Shown piece by piece: positions 18,224 through 27,244 of a DNA stretch of 64,000 bases. Position 1 is the stretch's first letter. Each line of letters starts with the position of its first letter. Made by a program: the position numbers and the translations under genes. Under the pieces are notes generated by a model, which worked only from the letters and a program-made list of their open reading frames with translations, had not been told where the DNA came from and ran no database searches. The DNA comes from Planctomycetota bacterium (GTDB lineage Bacteria > Planctomycetota > Phycisphaerae > Phycisphaerales > SM1A02): contig JAYZFJ010000056.1 in the NCBI GenBank assembly GCA_036336805.1, positions 5,014 to 69,013 on the forward strand. Direction: 5' to 3'.

Positions 18224-19285
18224 ATGCTCGTTGACCATGCCACCATCCTCATCCGTTCCGGAAAGGGTGGCGATGGCTCCAACAGCCTGCATCGGGAAAA
18301 GTTCATTCCCAAGGGTGGTCCGGATGGCGGCGACGGTGGAAAGGGTGGCGACGTCATTCTCGTTGGTGATCCACACCTGGACACGCTGGCCGCCTTTGCC
18401 AGACGTCGACTGCTGAAAGCCGAGGATGGTGCGCCGGGAAGCAAGAACGAATGCTACGGCCGTTCGGGTGAGGACCTGCTGGTTCGGCTCCCTCTTGGCT
18501 GTCAGGTCTTCGACGACCACAGCGGGGAGCTGATCGTGGACATCGTGGAGGCGGAGCAGACCTTCGTGGCCGCTCCCGGTGGTCGGGGAGGACGGGGGAA
18601 CGTCCATTTCGCCACGCCCACCCACCAGACGCCTCGTGAATTCGAGAAGGGGGGCGAGGCGGTCGAGCGGGCGATTCGCCTTGAACTCAAGCTGATCGCC
18701 GACGTCGGACTGGTCGGCCTGCCCAATGCCGGCAAGTCCACCATGCTTTCCCGGGTCTCTCAGGCTCGTCCCAAGGTCGCCGACTACCCGTTCACGACGC
18801 TGGGTCCGCAGCTGGGGATGATCGACCTGCCCGGGGAACGGCGCGTGGTGATCGCGGATCTTCCGGGTCTGATCGAGGGGGCCGCCTCCGGTGCCGGACT
18901 CGGTCATGATTTCCTGCGACACGTGGAGCGGACGACCGTGCTGCTCCACCTGCTCGACTGCGCGCCGCCCGACGGCTCCGATCCAGCGGCGAACTACCAT
19001 GCCATCCGTCACGAACTGGCGAGTTTCAGCTCGGTCCTGGCGGAGAAGCCGGAATTGGTCGCCTTGAACAAGATCGACCTGATTCCGAAGGACCAGCGGG
19101 AGTCCTTCATCGAACGGGTGGCGGGGGCGATCGGCTTTCCCAGGGGCGCTCGACCTCATCTGGTGTCCGGGGTCAGTGGTGAAGGCGTCCCCGAGCTGCT
19201 CGAATCGTGCTGGCACGAACTGGTCGAGGTTCGCGAGGCGGGACATCACTCGGCCCGTGGTGCCTGGGGCGCCGGTTCGTCATGA
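18224..19285 (+). CDS. obg: GTPase Obg/CgtA
   Basis: Obg fold MLVDHATILIRSGKGGDGSNSLHREKFIPKGGPDGGDGGKGGDV, then G-domain motifs GLPNAGKST, DLPGLIEGA and NKIDL. Start chosen at ATG 18224. Confidence 0.95.
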   Translation: MLVDHATILIRSGKGGDGSNSLHREKFIPKGGPDGGDGGKGGDVILVGDPHLDTLAAFARRRLLKAEDGAPGSKNECYGRSGEDLLVRLPLGCQVFDDHSGELIVDIVEAEQTFVAAPGGRGGRGNVHFATPTHQTPREFEKGGEAVERAIRLELKLIADVGLVGLPNAGKSTMLSRVSQARPKVADYPFTTLGPQLGMIDLPGERRVVIADLPGLIEGAASGAGLGHDFLRHVERTTVLLHLLDCAPPDGSDPAANYHAIRHELASFSSVLAEKPELVALNKIDLIPKDQRESFIERVAGAIGFPRGARPHLVSGVSGEGVPELLESCWHELVEVREAGHHSARGAWGAGSS

Positions 19286-20832
19286 ACGACGTACCGGCCA
19301 CCCGTCGGCGATCCCTGAAGTCCAGGCTGTTGCTGGGAGTCGGTGTTCTCGCGGCCGGACTCTTCGCGGGGTGGGTTGTCCTGGTCTCCGTCTGGGGACA
19401 ACAGACGCTCGGGCCCCAGCGAAACTTCCTCGAGGAGCGGAATGCGCGCATCGATTCCATCCCCCCGGATCAGCGGGCCTGGCCTCGGCTCAGAGATGCG
19501 GTGGACGAGCTTGGGTTCATTCCCTGGGAATCATTCGATCGTCAGGTCGAGGAGCTCACGGGGTCGGCCGAATCGACGGAACGGGATCGCTGGCTGCTTG
19601 AGAACGAGGAAGGACTGGCGTCGCTCCGGTCCGCGCTTCGACGTCCCCGGCTCGGACTCGCCTGGTACCCGGAGGTTCCGCCGGTCGTGGATCACTTCCT
19701 CCTGCTGAGTCCCGAGGAGCGACGGAGTCTGCCCCTCGCCAGGCCTGCGGATGCATCCTTCGTCGATGACGAGTCACTTCTGATCAACCTTCCCCTGCGG
19801 TTTCCCAAGCCGATGCGGGCGATGGCGCGTCTGCTCGAGGCCGATGCCCTCCGGGCGGCTCGAACGGGTGCTCCCGAGCAGGCCGTCGATGACTGCATCG
19901 CGATCCTGGACCTGGCCCGGCTCTGCCAGCAGGATCCGATGCTGATCGCCCAGTTGAGTGCCTTGTCGATCCGATCGCTGGCCCAGCAGACGATCCTCGA
20001 AGTGGTTTCCACCGAGTCCGTGCGTTCCAATGCACGGCAGCTCGCTCGGCTTGCCGAGGCGCTGTCGGTCCCCATTTCGCCGGTGTCTCTCGACGGGGAG
20101 CGCATGATCCTCGAGGACATCGTCCAGAGGTTCTACACCGACGACGGAGCCGGTGATGGATACCTCATGGCGTCCAAGCTTTCCAACGCCGCGTACCTGA
20201 CCAACCTGCAGCTGCCGGTCCTCTTCCTGCCCGACTCCTCTCTGCACAGCCATGTACTGCAGCCGGTCGTGGCGAGATCCGCCGGCTCGCGCCGGGAGGT
20301 TCTCGATGCCTTCGAGGAGCTGGCATCCGAGCACCAGAGGCTCGGGAACGCAGATCCCTGGCAGATCGACTGGACGCGGTTGGAGGCGATGCAGGATGGC
20401 TTGAAGTCCGATGGATTGCTTGGAGCCCTCCATCGATTTCCCTTGCCGCTTCTGGCTCCGAATTACGAGTCACTCGTCCTGGCCAGCCAGAGCAGTCGGT
20501 TCAGGCACGAGTGCACGAAGCTGGTGGTCGCGGTGCATCGGTTCCGAGTCCGGACCGGGCAATGGCCCGACCGCCTCGAGCAGCTGCAACCTGACCTGCT
20601 GACCGAGGTGCCGCGAGATCCCTACGACGGAGCCTTCCTTCGATACCAGCTCCGGGGCGACCAGCCGGTCATCTGGTCGATCGGAACCGACTCCATCGAC
20701 AACGGGGGGGTCTTCGACGAGCCCACCGGGCCGTTCGCCCTGAAGCGAGTGTCCCCGCAGGATGGTGGCGTGACTTCGGCGGCGGTGGACCAGCGGCTCT
20801 GGCCCGCCTCGATACCTCCGAGCCGCGAGTGA
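19282..20832 (+). CDS. hypothetical membrane-anchored protein
   Basis: ATG 19282 overlaps the obg stop (ATGA). It has an N-terminal TM LLLGVGVLAAGLFAGWVVLVSVW and a large extracytoplasmic helical domain. No motif recognised. Confidence 0.65.
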   Translation: MNDVPATRRRSLKSRLLLGVGVLAAGLFAGWVVLVSVWGQQTLGPQRNFLEERNARIDSIPPDQRAWPRLRDAVDELGFIPWESFDRQVEELTGSAESTERDRWLLENEEGLASLRSALRRPRLGLAWYPEVPPVVDHFLLLSPEERRSLPLARPADASFVDDESLLINLPLRFPKPMRAMARLLEADALRAARTGAPEQAVDDCIAILDLARLCQQDPMLIAQLSALSIRSLAQQTILEVVSTESVRSNARQLARLAEALSVPISPVSLDGERMILEDIVQRFYTDDGAGDGYLMASKLSNAAYLTNLQLPVLFLPDSSLHSHVLQPVVARSAGSRREVLDAFEELASEHQRLGNADPWQIDWTRLEAMQDGLKSDGLLGALHRFPLPLLAPNYESLVLASQSSRFRHECTKLVVAVHRFRVRTGQWPDRLEQLQPDLLTEVPRDPYDGAFLRYQLRGDQPVIWSIGTDSIDNGGVFDEPTGPFALKRVSPQDGGVTSAAVDQRLWPASIPPSRE

Positions 20833-20873
20833 TTCCACGAGGTGGTACCGCCAGCTCGACCGTGCGTCGGGCC

Positions 20874-21443
20874 TCAGTCCCCGTGTATCTGTCGAAGTCG
20901 TGGTGAGAGTCGCAGAAGCAGCTGCACCCGTTCGAACTCGTTGATCCACTCCTGCAGAGTGGCGCTCAATTCATCCTCGGGGACGTCCGCTCCCGGCAAC
21001 TGGCAGGATGCGCCCACCTGCTTTGCGGCGATCGATCGGTATCGAGCGAGCGTCCGATCCCCCAGATAGCTCACCAGCTCGAAATCCTCGGAACAGAAGA
21101 TCAGGGTCGGCACGCGAAGTCCGGCATTGATCCGCACTGCTTCGGCCAGTTCCAGATGCTCGTCACGATCCAGCCAGCTCAGCCGGATTCGATCGCTGGC
21201 CCGCGCGATCTGGTCGAACATCGGCCCCTGCGCGACGCAGTCCCCGCACCAGATCCCCGAAAGGCACAGCACGTTCATGGTTCGAGTGAAGCCTCCCAGG
21301 AGCGCGCGCTGCGGCTCGCTCAGGTGCACTCGATCATGGATGGCCTGCCACTGGGCGGCGCGCTGGGGGTCGCTCGAGAGGTAGGTCTGGTAGTCGTCAC
21401 CGGCTTCATGCCGTTGGCGCAACTGATCGGGTTCAAGATGCAT
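20874..21443 (-). CDS. thioredoxin-fold protein (WCGDC active site)
   Basis: CxxC motif GIWCGDCVAQGP followed by a Trx-like RVPTLIF. Start chosen at ATG 21443, which has GAGGA 8 nt upstream. The track ORF extends to 21479. Confidence 0.75.
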   Translation of the reverse strand: MHLEPDQLRQRHEAGDDYQTYLSSDPQRAAQWQAIHDRVHLSEPQRALLGGFTRTMNVLCLSGIWCGDCVAQGPMFDQIARASDRIRLSWLDRDEHLELAEAVRINAGLRVPTLIFCSEDFELVSYLGDRTLARYRSIAAKQVGASCQLPGADVPEDELSATLQEWINEFERVQLLLRLSPRLRQIHGD

Positions 21444-21598
21444 GGTTCGTTCCTCGGAGGGGGGATTTCCTGGGATCACCGTAGATCCTACCCCCTGGCC
21501 CGTTCGGGAGCCGTTTCGAGTCGGGTTTCTTCACGGCCGCGGTTCGGGGATCTCGACGCTTTCCGCGGGCACCGACCAGGTACTGCGAACCGGGACCG

Positions 21599-23041
21599 TC
21601 AGTTGGACGGGTCCAGTCGTTTCGAGAGCTTGCGAGCGATGGGTTCCGTGGTCAATCCCTGAATGACCACCGAGAGGACGACCACGATGAAGGTGCCGAG
21701 GAGGAAGTCCGGCCGCAACGGCGCCTGGTTCTTGTCTGCGTACGTGATGTACGGCGGAATGCTCAGGGCCAGAGCGAAGGAGACGCCGCCTCGAATGCCG
21801 GCCCAGGTCATCAGGACCAGACCGGCGTGGTTGATCTTGAGCATCCGGTTACGTCCCAGTCTGGCCAGCCAGGGTATGAGCAGGCTTGTGTACCGTGCGC
21901 AGATCACGACCGGGAAGACCACCACCGCGGCGACGGCAACCTGGACATTCCACTGGACCACCAGAAGCTCGAGACCGATCAGCGCGAAGAACAACGGGTT
22001 CACGACGTTGTCGACGGTCTTCCAGAATTCATGAATCGGTCGATCCATCGAATCGATGTAGTCCGCCCGCCTCTGTCCGAAGACGATCCCTGCAATGGTC
22101 ACCGCGACCGCGTTGGAGATCCCCAGGGCATCCGCGACCCCTCCGGTGCCCAGGGCGATGCCGAGCGTGAGCAGAACGGTCAGGGACTTCTTCTCGGTGG
22201 TCTTCACCAGATAGGCACCGAGGTAGCCGGTGATCAGGCCGAGCAGAACCGCTCCCCCGGCGATCCAGATGAACTCCAGCGCGATTCTGGCTGCGCTGGG
22301 ATCGACTGTCGCCGCGGTTCCGCCGTCCGAATTCCCGGTCGCCCAGAACTGGAGGATCAGCAGGAAGAAGACGATCGAGGTGGCGTCGTTGAACAGCGAT
22401 TCCCCCGAGATGTAGGCCTTGATCGCACCCTTGACCTTGAGTCGGCGGAGGATGCTCATCACCGCGACCGGATCGGTCGGGGCGATGATCGCCGCGAAGA
22501 GGAAGGAAAGACCCCAGTCCACCGCCAGATTCCAGTCGTGGGGCGTGACGGCGTTCAGCCAGTTCATGCTCCAGTAGACCAGGCATGCGGTGATCGCGAT
22601 CGAGATCGCGGTTCCGAGGGTGGCGGCGTAGGTGATCGACCACCGGTACTTTCGAACCAGTTTCGAATCCAGCTGCATCGCCCCCGCGAAGAGCAGGAGT
22701 CCCAGCAGAAGGCTGAGCACGAGATCGCTGCTGTACTGGTCGAGCTGTTGCTTCACCGAGCTGATCTTGACGAGCTCGAGGTCGCCCAGGCTGATCAGAA
22801 CCAGCGCGAAGACGATGCCGGAGACCATGGTCCCGACCGCGCGGGGGAGCTTCAGGAATCGTGCATTCGCGTAGGCTCCGAGGGCCACCAGGCCGACGAA
22901 GATCGAGATGAGACTGAACACGTTGTAGCGGTCGGGGGCACCCGGAATGATCTGGGTGAGCTGTGATCCCGGATCGGCGGGGGCCGCGGTGTCCGTCGCC
23001 GCCTGGGCCAGCAGTGGGGTGATTTCGAGCAGGAATGCCAT
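21599..23041 (-). CDS. cation:proton antiporter (CPA1, NhaP-type Na+/H+ exchanger)
   Basis: About 12 TM segments with CPA1-typical motifs FAAIIAPTDPVAV and GESLFNDATSIVFF. Confidence 0.85.
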   Translation of the reverse strand: MAFLLEITPLLAQAATDTAAPADPGSQLTQIIPGAPDRYNVFSLISIFVGLVALGAYANARFLKLPRAVGTMVSGIVFALVLISLGDLELVKISSVKQQLDQYSSDLVLSLLLGLLLFAGAMQLDSKLVRKYRWSITYAATLGTAISIAITACLVYWSMNWLNAVTPHDWNLAVDWGLSFLFAAIIAPTDPVAVMSILRRLKVKGAIKAYISGESLFNDATSIVFFLLILQFWATGNSDGGTAATVDPSAARIALEFIWIAGGAVLLGLITGYLGAYLVKTTEKKSLTVLLTLGIALGTGGVADALGISNAVAVTIAGIVFGQRRADYIDSMDRPIHEFWKTVDNVVNPLFFALIGLELLVVQWNVQVAVAAVVVFPVVICARYTSLLIPWLARLGRNRMLKINHAGLVLMTWAGIRGGVSFALALSIPPYITYADKNQAPLRPDFLLGTFIVVVLSVVIQGLTTEPIARKLSKRLDPSN

Positions 23042-23061
23042 GGTTCTGATTCAGTGGCGGG

Positions 23062-25749
23062 TCAGCTGCGTTCCTCGAGTTCGGTCAGCAGGGTTCTCAA
23101 CGCATCGAACGCCTCCATCGGTGAAAGCTCCTCGATCGAGAGCTCGCGAAGTCGACTGATGACCGGATCCACCGCTTCCTGGAACAGCGAAAGCTGGTCA
23201 CTGGGTGGGGTGCGGTCGAGCGGTTCGGGGGTGCCGACCTCGTTGACCACCAGTGAATCGAGCACCTCCTGTGCCCGTGCGAGCGTTTCGCGGGGGAGGC
23301 CTGCGAGTCTGGCCACGTGGATCCCGTAGGACTGGTCGGTCCGGCCCGCCTGGATCCGGTGGAGGAAGATGATCTGGTCGTTCCACTCCCGCACGGTCAC
23401 GTGCAGGTTGCTGACCGAGGGCATCGAATCCGCCAGGCTCGTGATCTCGTGGTAGTGCGTCGCGAAGAGTGTCGGCGCTCGGCGCTCGGCGAGCGTCTCG
23501 GTGATCGCCCAGGCCAGCGAAAGTCCGTCGAGGGTGCTGGTTCCCCGTCCGATCTCGTCCAGGATGATCAGGCTTCGTTCGGTCGCATGGTGCAGGATGT
23601 TGGCGGTCTCGGTCATCTCGACCATGAAGGTCGATCGTCCCGTGTGCAGTTCGTCGCTGGCCCCGATTCGGGTCAGGATCCTGTCCATCATCCCGATCCG
23701 TGCCTGTTCGGCCGGCACCCAGGCACCGGCATGGGCGAGCAGCGCGATCAGCGCCACCTGACGGATGAAGGTCGACTTGCCGGCCATGTTCGGTCCGGTG
23801 ATGAGGGCGAGGGTCGCAGGATGTTCGGAGCAGGCCAGGGTGCAGTCGTTGGGAACGAACGAATCCCTGAGCATCGATTCGAGCACCGGATGACGACCTC
23901 CCTCGATGTGCAGCCCCGGTGCGTCGGTCATCTTCGGGCAGGACCACCCGCGCCGGGCGGCGACCTCCGACAGGCCGAGGAGGCAGTCGACCTCCGCGAC
24001 CAACCGGGCGAACTGTGCGATCTGCACGTTCTTCTCCGAAATCGCCTCGCAGAGTTCGATGAAGAGATCTCGTTCGCGATCCAGGGCCCGGGCCTCCGCG
24101 GTGGTGACCTTTTCCTCGAAGGTCTTGAGTTCCGGAGTGATGAAGCGTTCCGCATTCTTGAGGGTCTGCTTGCGGGTGAAGCTCTCGGGTGCCTTGTCGC
24201 TGTTGACCCGGCTCAACTCGATGTAGTACCCGAAGACCGTGTTGAAGCCGACCTTCAGCGAGGGGATCGAGGTCTCCTCGATGATGCGTGCCTGGTACTG
24301 GGCCAGCCAGGTGTTCGCATCCCGTTGGAGAAGTCGCGCCTCGTCGAGGACCTCATCGACGCCGTCCCGGAAGAGCCCACCCGCCCGCAGGTGGCTCGGG
24401 GGCGCTTCCACGCAGGTCTCCTGGATCCGTTCCTCGATCTGCACCAGCTCCAGCCCGAGCCGGGCGAGGCCCTCGCGTTGATGCTCGAAGGCGGGTCGGG
24501 CATCAAGCTCGTCGGTGAGTTCCACCAGCCGGGAGAGGGACTGGCCGAGTCCGACCACGTCCCGCGGCGTGGCACGTCCCATCGAGATCCGGGAGCCGAT
24601 GCGGGCGACGTCCTGAATTCCGTCGAGGATCGTCCGGAGGCGTTGACTGAACTGATCGTCGTCGATGAACGCACCGATCGCTCGATGGCGGGCCTCGATC
24701 CGGCCGCGGTCCCGCAACGGCCAGCAGAGCCACTCTCGGAGGAGGCGTCGTCCCATCGGAGTCCGTCCTCGCTGAAGAACCGAGAGCAGGGTGCCTTCCG
24801 AGGTTCCCGCTCGCATCGTGCGTGCGATCTCGAGGCTGCGAAGGCTGGTGGCATCGATCACCAGGTGCTCGTGTTCCGTACAGAGCCTCGGAGGCTGCAG
24901 GTGCGCGAGGCTGGCCTGCGGTTCATCGCCACCTCCCGGCCCCTGGGTCTCCCGCAGGTACTGCAGCAGGGCCCCCGCCACCTCGATCGCAGGCTGATGG
25001 TCGGCCAGCCCGAACGCCTCCAGGGAATTGACCTGGTGAAAGGACTCCAGCAGACGTCGCGCATGCTCCAGCTGGAACGTCCATTCCGCACGGCGACTGA
25101 TCGGAGCGAGGCCGGACTGTTCGAGCTCGCTCAACCAGGCGGGGTCGTCCTCCGATGGTTCGCTGACGATCAGTTCAGCCGGGCCTATCCTCGCGAGCTC
25201 GTCGACCAGTCGATCGGCGGGGACGTCGTGGATCTCGAACGCCCCCGTCGAGAGTTCGGCGGTCGCGATCACCACGCGCTCCCCGGTGTGGTGGACCGCC
25301 GCGAGGTGGTTGGGAGCGGCGTCGTCCAGCATCGATTCATCGATGAGGGTTCCCGGAGTGAGCACCCGCGTCACCGCCCGATCGACCACGCCCTTCGCAT
25401 CCTTGGGATCCTGGACCTGATCGCAGATCGCGACCCGGTGACCACCTTCCACCAGGCGACGCAGGTAGCCCTCCATCGAGTGGTGGGGGACGCCGGCCAT
25501 CGGCATGCCCTTGGTTCGTTCGGTCAGGGTGATTCCGAGTGCCTCGTGGGCGACCTGAGCGTCGGTTCCGAACAGCTCGTAGAAGTCACCCATTCGAAAG
25601 AGCAGCAGGCATTCCGGATGCTCGATCTTGAATCGGACGTACTGCTTCATCGCCGGCGTCTGCCACATCGGACCCGCGAACTCGGGCGGGCAGGGGGTGG
25701 CCGGAGCCGAGCCGGATTCAGGCTTCGTGGACGATGACGGTGAACGCAT
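23062..25749 (-). CDS. mutS: DNA mismatch repair protein MutS
   Basis: N-terminal TPAMKQYVRFKIEHPECLLLFRMGDFYELF, Walker A TGPNMAGKSTFIRQ, and DEIGRGTSTLDG. Start chosen at ATG 25749 (alternative 25668). The ORF extension to 25896 runs through a tRNA and was rejected. Confidence 0.95.
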   Translation of the reverse strand: MRSPSSSTKPESGSAPATPCPPEFAGPMWQTPAMKQYVRFKIEHPECLLLFRMGDFYELFGTDAQVAHEALGITLTERTKGMPMAGVPHHSMEGYLRRLVEGGHRVAICDQVQDPKDAKGVVDRAVTRVLTPGTLIDESMLDDAAPNHLAAVHHTGERVVIATAELSTGAFEIHDVPADRLVDELARIGPAELIVSEPSEDDPAWLSELEQSGLAPISRRAEWTFQLEHARRLLESFHQVNSLEAFGLADHQPAIEVAGALLQYLRETQGPGGGDEPQASLAHLQPPRLCTEHEHLVIDATSLRSLEIARTMRAGTSEGTLLSVLQRGRTPMGRRLLREWLCWPLRDRGRIEARHRAIGAFIDDDQFSQRLRTILDGIQDVARIGSRISMGRATPRDVVGLGQSLSRLVELTDELDARPAFEHQREGLARLGLELVQIEERIQETCVEAPPSHLRAGGLFRDGVDEVLDEARLLQRDANTWLAQYQARIIEETSIPSLKVGFNTVFGYYIELSRVNSDKAPESFTRKQTLKNAERFITPELKTFEEKVTTAEARALDRERDLFIELCEAISEKNVQIAQFARLVAEVDCLLGLSEVAARRGWSCPKMTDAPGLHIEGGRHPVLESMLRDSFVPNDCTLACSEHPATLALITGPNMAGKSTFIRQVALIALLAHAGAWVPAEQARIGMMDRILTRIGASDELHTGRSTFMVEMTETANILHHATERSLIILDEIGRGTSTLDGLSLAWAITETLAERRAPTLFATHYHEITSLADSMPSVSNLHVTVREWNDQIIFLHRIQAGRTDQSYGIHVARLAGLPRETLARAQEVLDSLVVNEVGTPEPLDRTPPSDQLSLFQEAVDPVISRLRELSIEELSPMEAFDALRTLLTELEERS

Positions 25750-25838
25750 GCACCCAGTGTAGCGGGGCCGGGGCCCCGTTCCGGATGGAACGTCAAGCCG
25801 TCCCCCAGACCTCGGTTCGAGGGTGGGTGAGGACGAAA

Positions 25839-25911
25839 TGGAGCGGAAGGGGATCGAACCCTCAACCTCCTCGATGCGACCGAGGCGCTCTCCCAATTGA
25901 GCTACCGCCCC
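25839..25911 (-). tRNA. tRNA-Ala (anticodon CGC)
   Basis: The 73-nt sequence was folded by hand into a cloverleaf: GGGGCGG-TA-GCTC-AATTGGGA-GAGC-G-CCTCG-GTCGCAT-CGAGG-AGGTT-GAGGG-TTCGATC-CCCTT-CCGCTCC-A. It has the G3:U70 Ala identity pair and A73. CCA is not encoded. Confidence 0.9.
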
Positions 25912-25986
25912 CGAAGGGGACCACGCATTCTACCCGGCCGGCGCGGCGCACGCCATGCCGCAACACCTCCCCCAAAAGGCATTACC

Positions 25987-26994
25987 ATGGCTCACGAACC
26001 TGCATGTGAGAGCTCATCCATGGCCCTGACCTTCACCGTCTACTGCATCTTGATCGCGATTGCCTCGGTCGTGGGAGGGGTCATTCCGCTTCTCTTCCGC
26101 CTCACGCACCTCAGGATCCAGCTGGCTCTGTCCTTCGTTTCCGGCGTCATCCTCGGGGTCGGCCTGCTGCACATGCTCCCACACGCGATCGAAGGCGGGG
26201 GCGATCCCCACCAGCTCTTCATCGCGGTGGTGGCCGGATTCCTCACGATCTTCATCCTCGAGCGCTTTCTCTCCTTCCACCACCATGAATTCGAGGGCTC
26301 CGACGCCCCCGGGGAGGAGCATCCCCAGGAAGCGGACGGTTCCCACCAGCACCACTCCATGAGCTGGGTCGGAACGTTCTTCGGAATGACGATCCACACC
26401 CTGGTGGCCGGAGTGGCCCTCGCCTCCGCCACGGTGGCGTCCTTCACACTCAACGAGGAGCCGACCGATGCCATCATCACCCTTGCCGGCTTCGGTACCT
26501 TTCTCGGGATCTTCCTTCACAAGCCATTCGATGCGCTGACCATCACCACTCTGATGCGAGCCGGGGCGGCCACCCGTTGGAAGACGATGGTCGTCAACCT
26601 GCTCTTCGCACTGGTCATTCCGCTCGGAGTGGGGCTGTTCTTCCTGCTGGAAGGACTGGGTGAATGGAATCATCTTGCTTCGTACGCACTCGCGTTCAGT
26701 GCCGGGACGTTCATCTGCATCGGAAGCTGTGACCTGCTCCCCGAACTGCAGTTTCACAAGCACAATCGCTTGAGTCTCACCGTGGCCCTGATCCTCGGTC
26801 TGGTTCTCGCCTGGGCTTCCGGACTGCTGGAACACCACGATCACGACCATGGGCACGGCCACCACGGCCACGGCCACCACGACCACGGCCACCACGACCA
26901 CCACGATCACGGCCACCACGATCACGGTCACCACGACCACGGCCACCACGGTCACGACCACGACCACGACCACGACCATCCCCACCCTCACTGA
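25987..26994 (+). CDS. ZIP-family divalent metal (zinc) transporter with poly-His/Asp/Gly C-terminal tail
   Basis: ZIP-like TM helices (GLLHMLPHAIEGG, SAGTFICIGSCDLLPEL), a His-rich cytoplasmic loop, and a 53-residue H/D/G tail. Start is ATG 25987 or 26020. Confidence 0.85.
   Translation: MAHEPACESSSMALTFTVYCILIAIASVVGGVIPLLFRLTHLRIQLALSFVSGVILGVGLLHMLPHAIEGGGDPHQLFIAVVAGFLTIFILERFLSFHHHEFEGSDAPGEEHPQEADGSHQHHSMSWVGTFFGMTIHTLVAGVALASATVASFTLNEEPTDAIITLAGFGTFLGIFLHKPFDALTITTLMRAGAATRWKTMVVNLLFALVIPLGVGLFFLLEGLGEWNHLASYALAFSAGTFICIGSCDLLPELQFHKHNRLSLTVALILGLVLAWASGLLEHHDHDHGHGHHGHGHHDHGHHDHHDHGHHDHGHHDHGHHGHDHDHDHDHPHPH
26833..26991 (+). repeat. in-frame tandem codon repeat (CAC/GAC/GGC units) encoding (HGHHD)n-like tail
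   Basis: Sequence reads cac cac gat cac gac cat ggg cac ggc cac cac ggc cac ggc cac cac gac ... over 53 codons made only of H, D, G and P. It lies inside the ZIP CDS. Confidence 0.8.
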
Positions 26995-27005
26995 CAGGAT
27001 TCACC

Positions 27006-27188
27006 ATGAAAGCCGAACCGCTGCTTGCAGAACTCAACCGACTCCGAGCAGATCTTGATGCCGACCCTCAGGATCCGGAATGGTTCACCCTCCACCACGT
27101 CTTCTGTTTCGTGAGTTACAAGATGGGTGATTTTCAGGCCTACCTCGATGAAGCGATCACCGCCGATGATGAGGTTCCGGACTTCTGA
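27006..27188 (+). CDS. possible small acidic protein (60 aa)
   Basis: The ORF starts 11 nt after the ZIP stop. Hand-counted GC3 is only ~60%, and no motif was recognised. Confidence 0.35.
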   Translation: MKAEPLLAELNRLRADLDADPQDPEWFTLHHVFCFVSYKMGDFQAYLDEAITADDEVPDF

Positions 27189-27244
27189 ACCGCTTCCGCG
27201 GCGATGCAATCGGGTAAGATCGACCCCCTTGTGAGGTACCCGCG

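Noticed and set aside
25750-25896. An N-terminal extension of the MutS ORF (MGERLGRIEEVEGSIPFRS...).
   Set aside because: The extension is simply the translation of the tRNA-Ala gene (25839-25911) and its flank. MutS homology starts near residues 77-80 of the ORF.
26833-26991. Short tandem repeats that could be mistaken for a CRISPR or VNTR array.
   Set aside because: The repeats are in-frame His/Asp/Gly codons inside the ZIP CDS, with no spacers and no cas genes.
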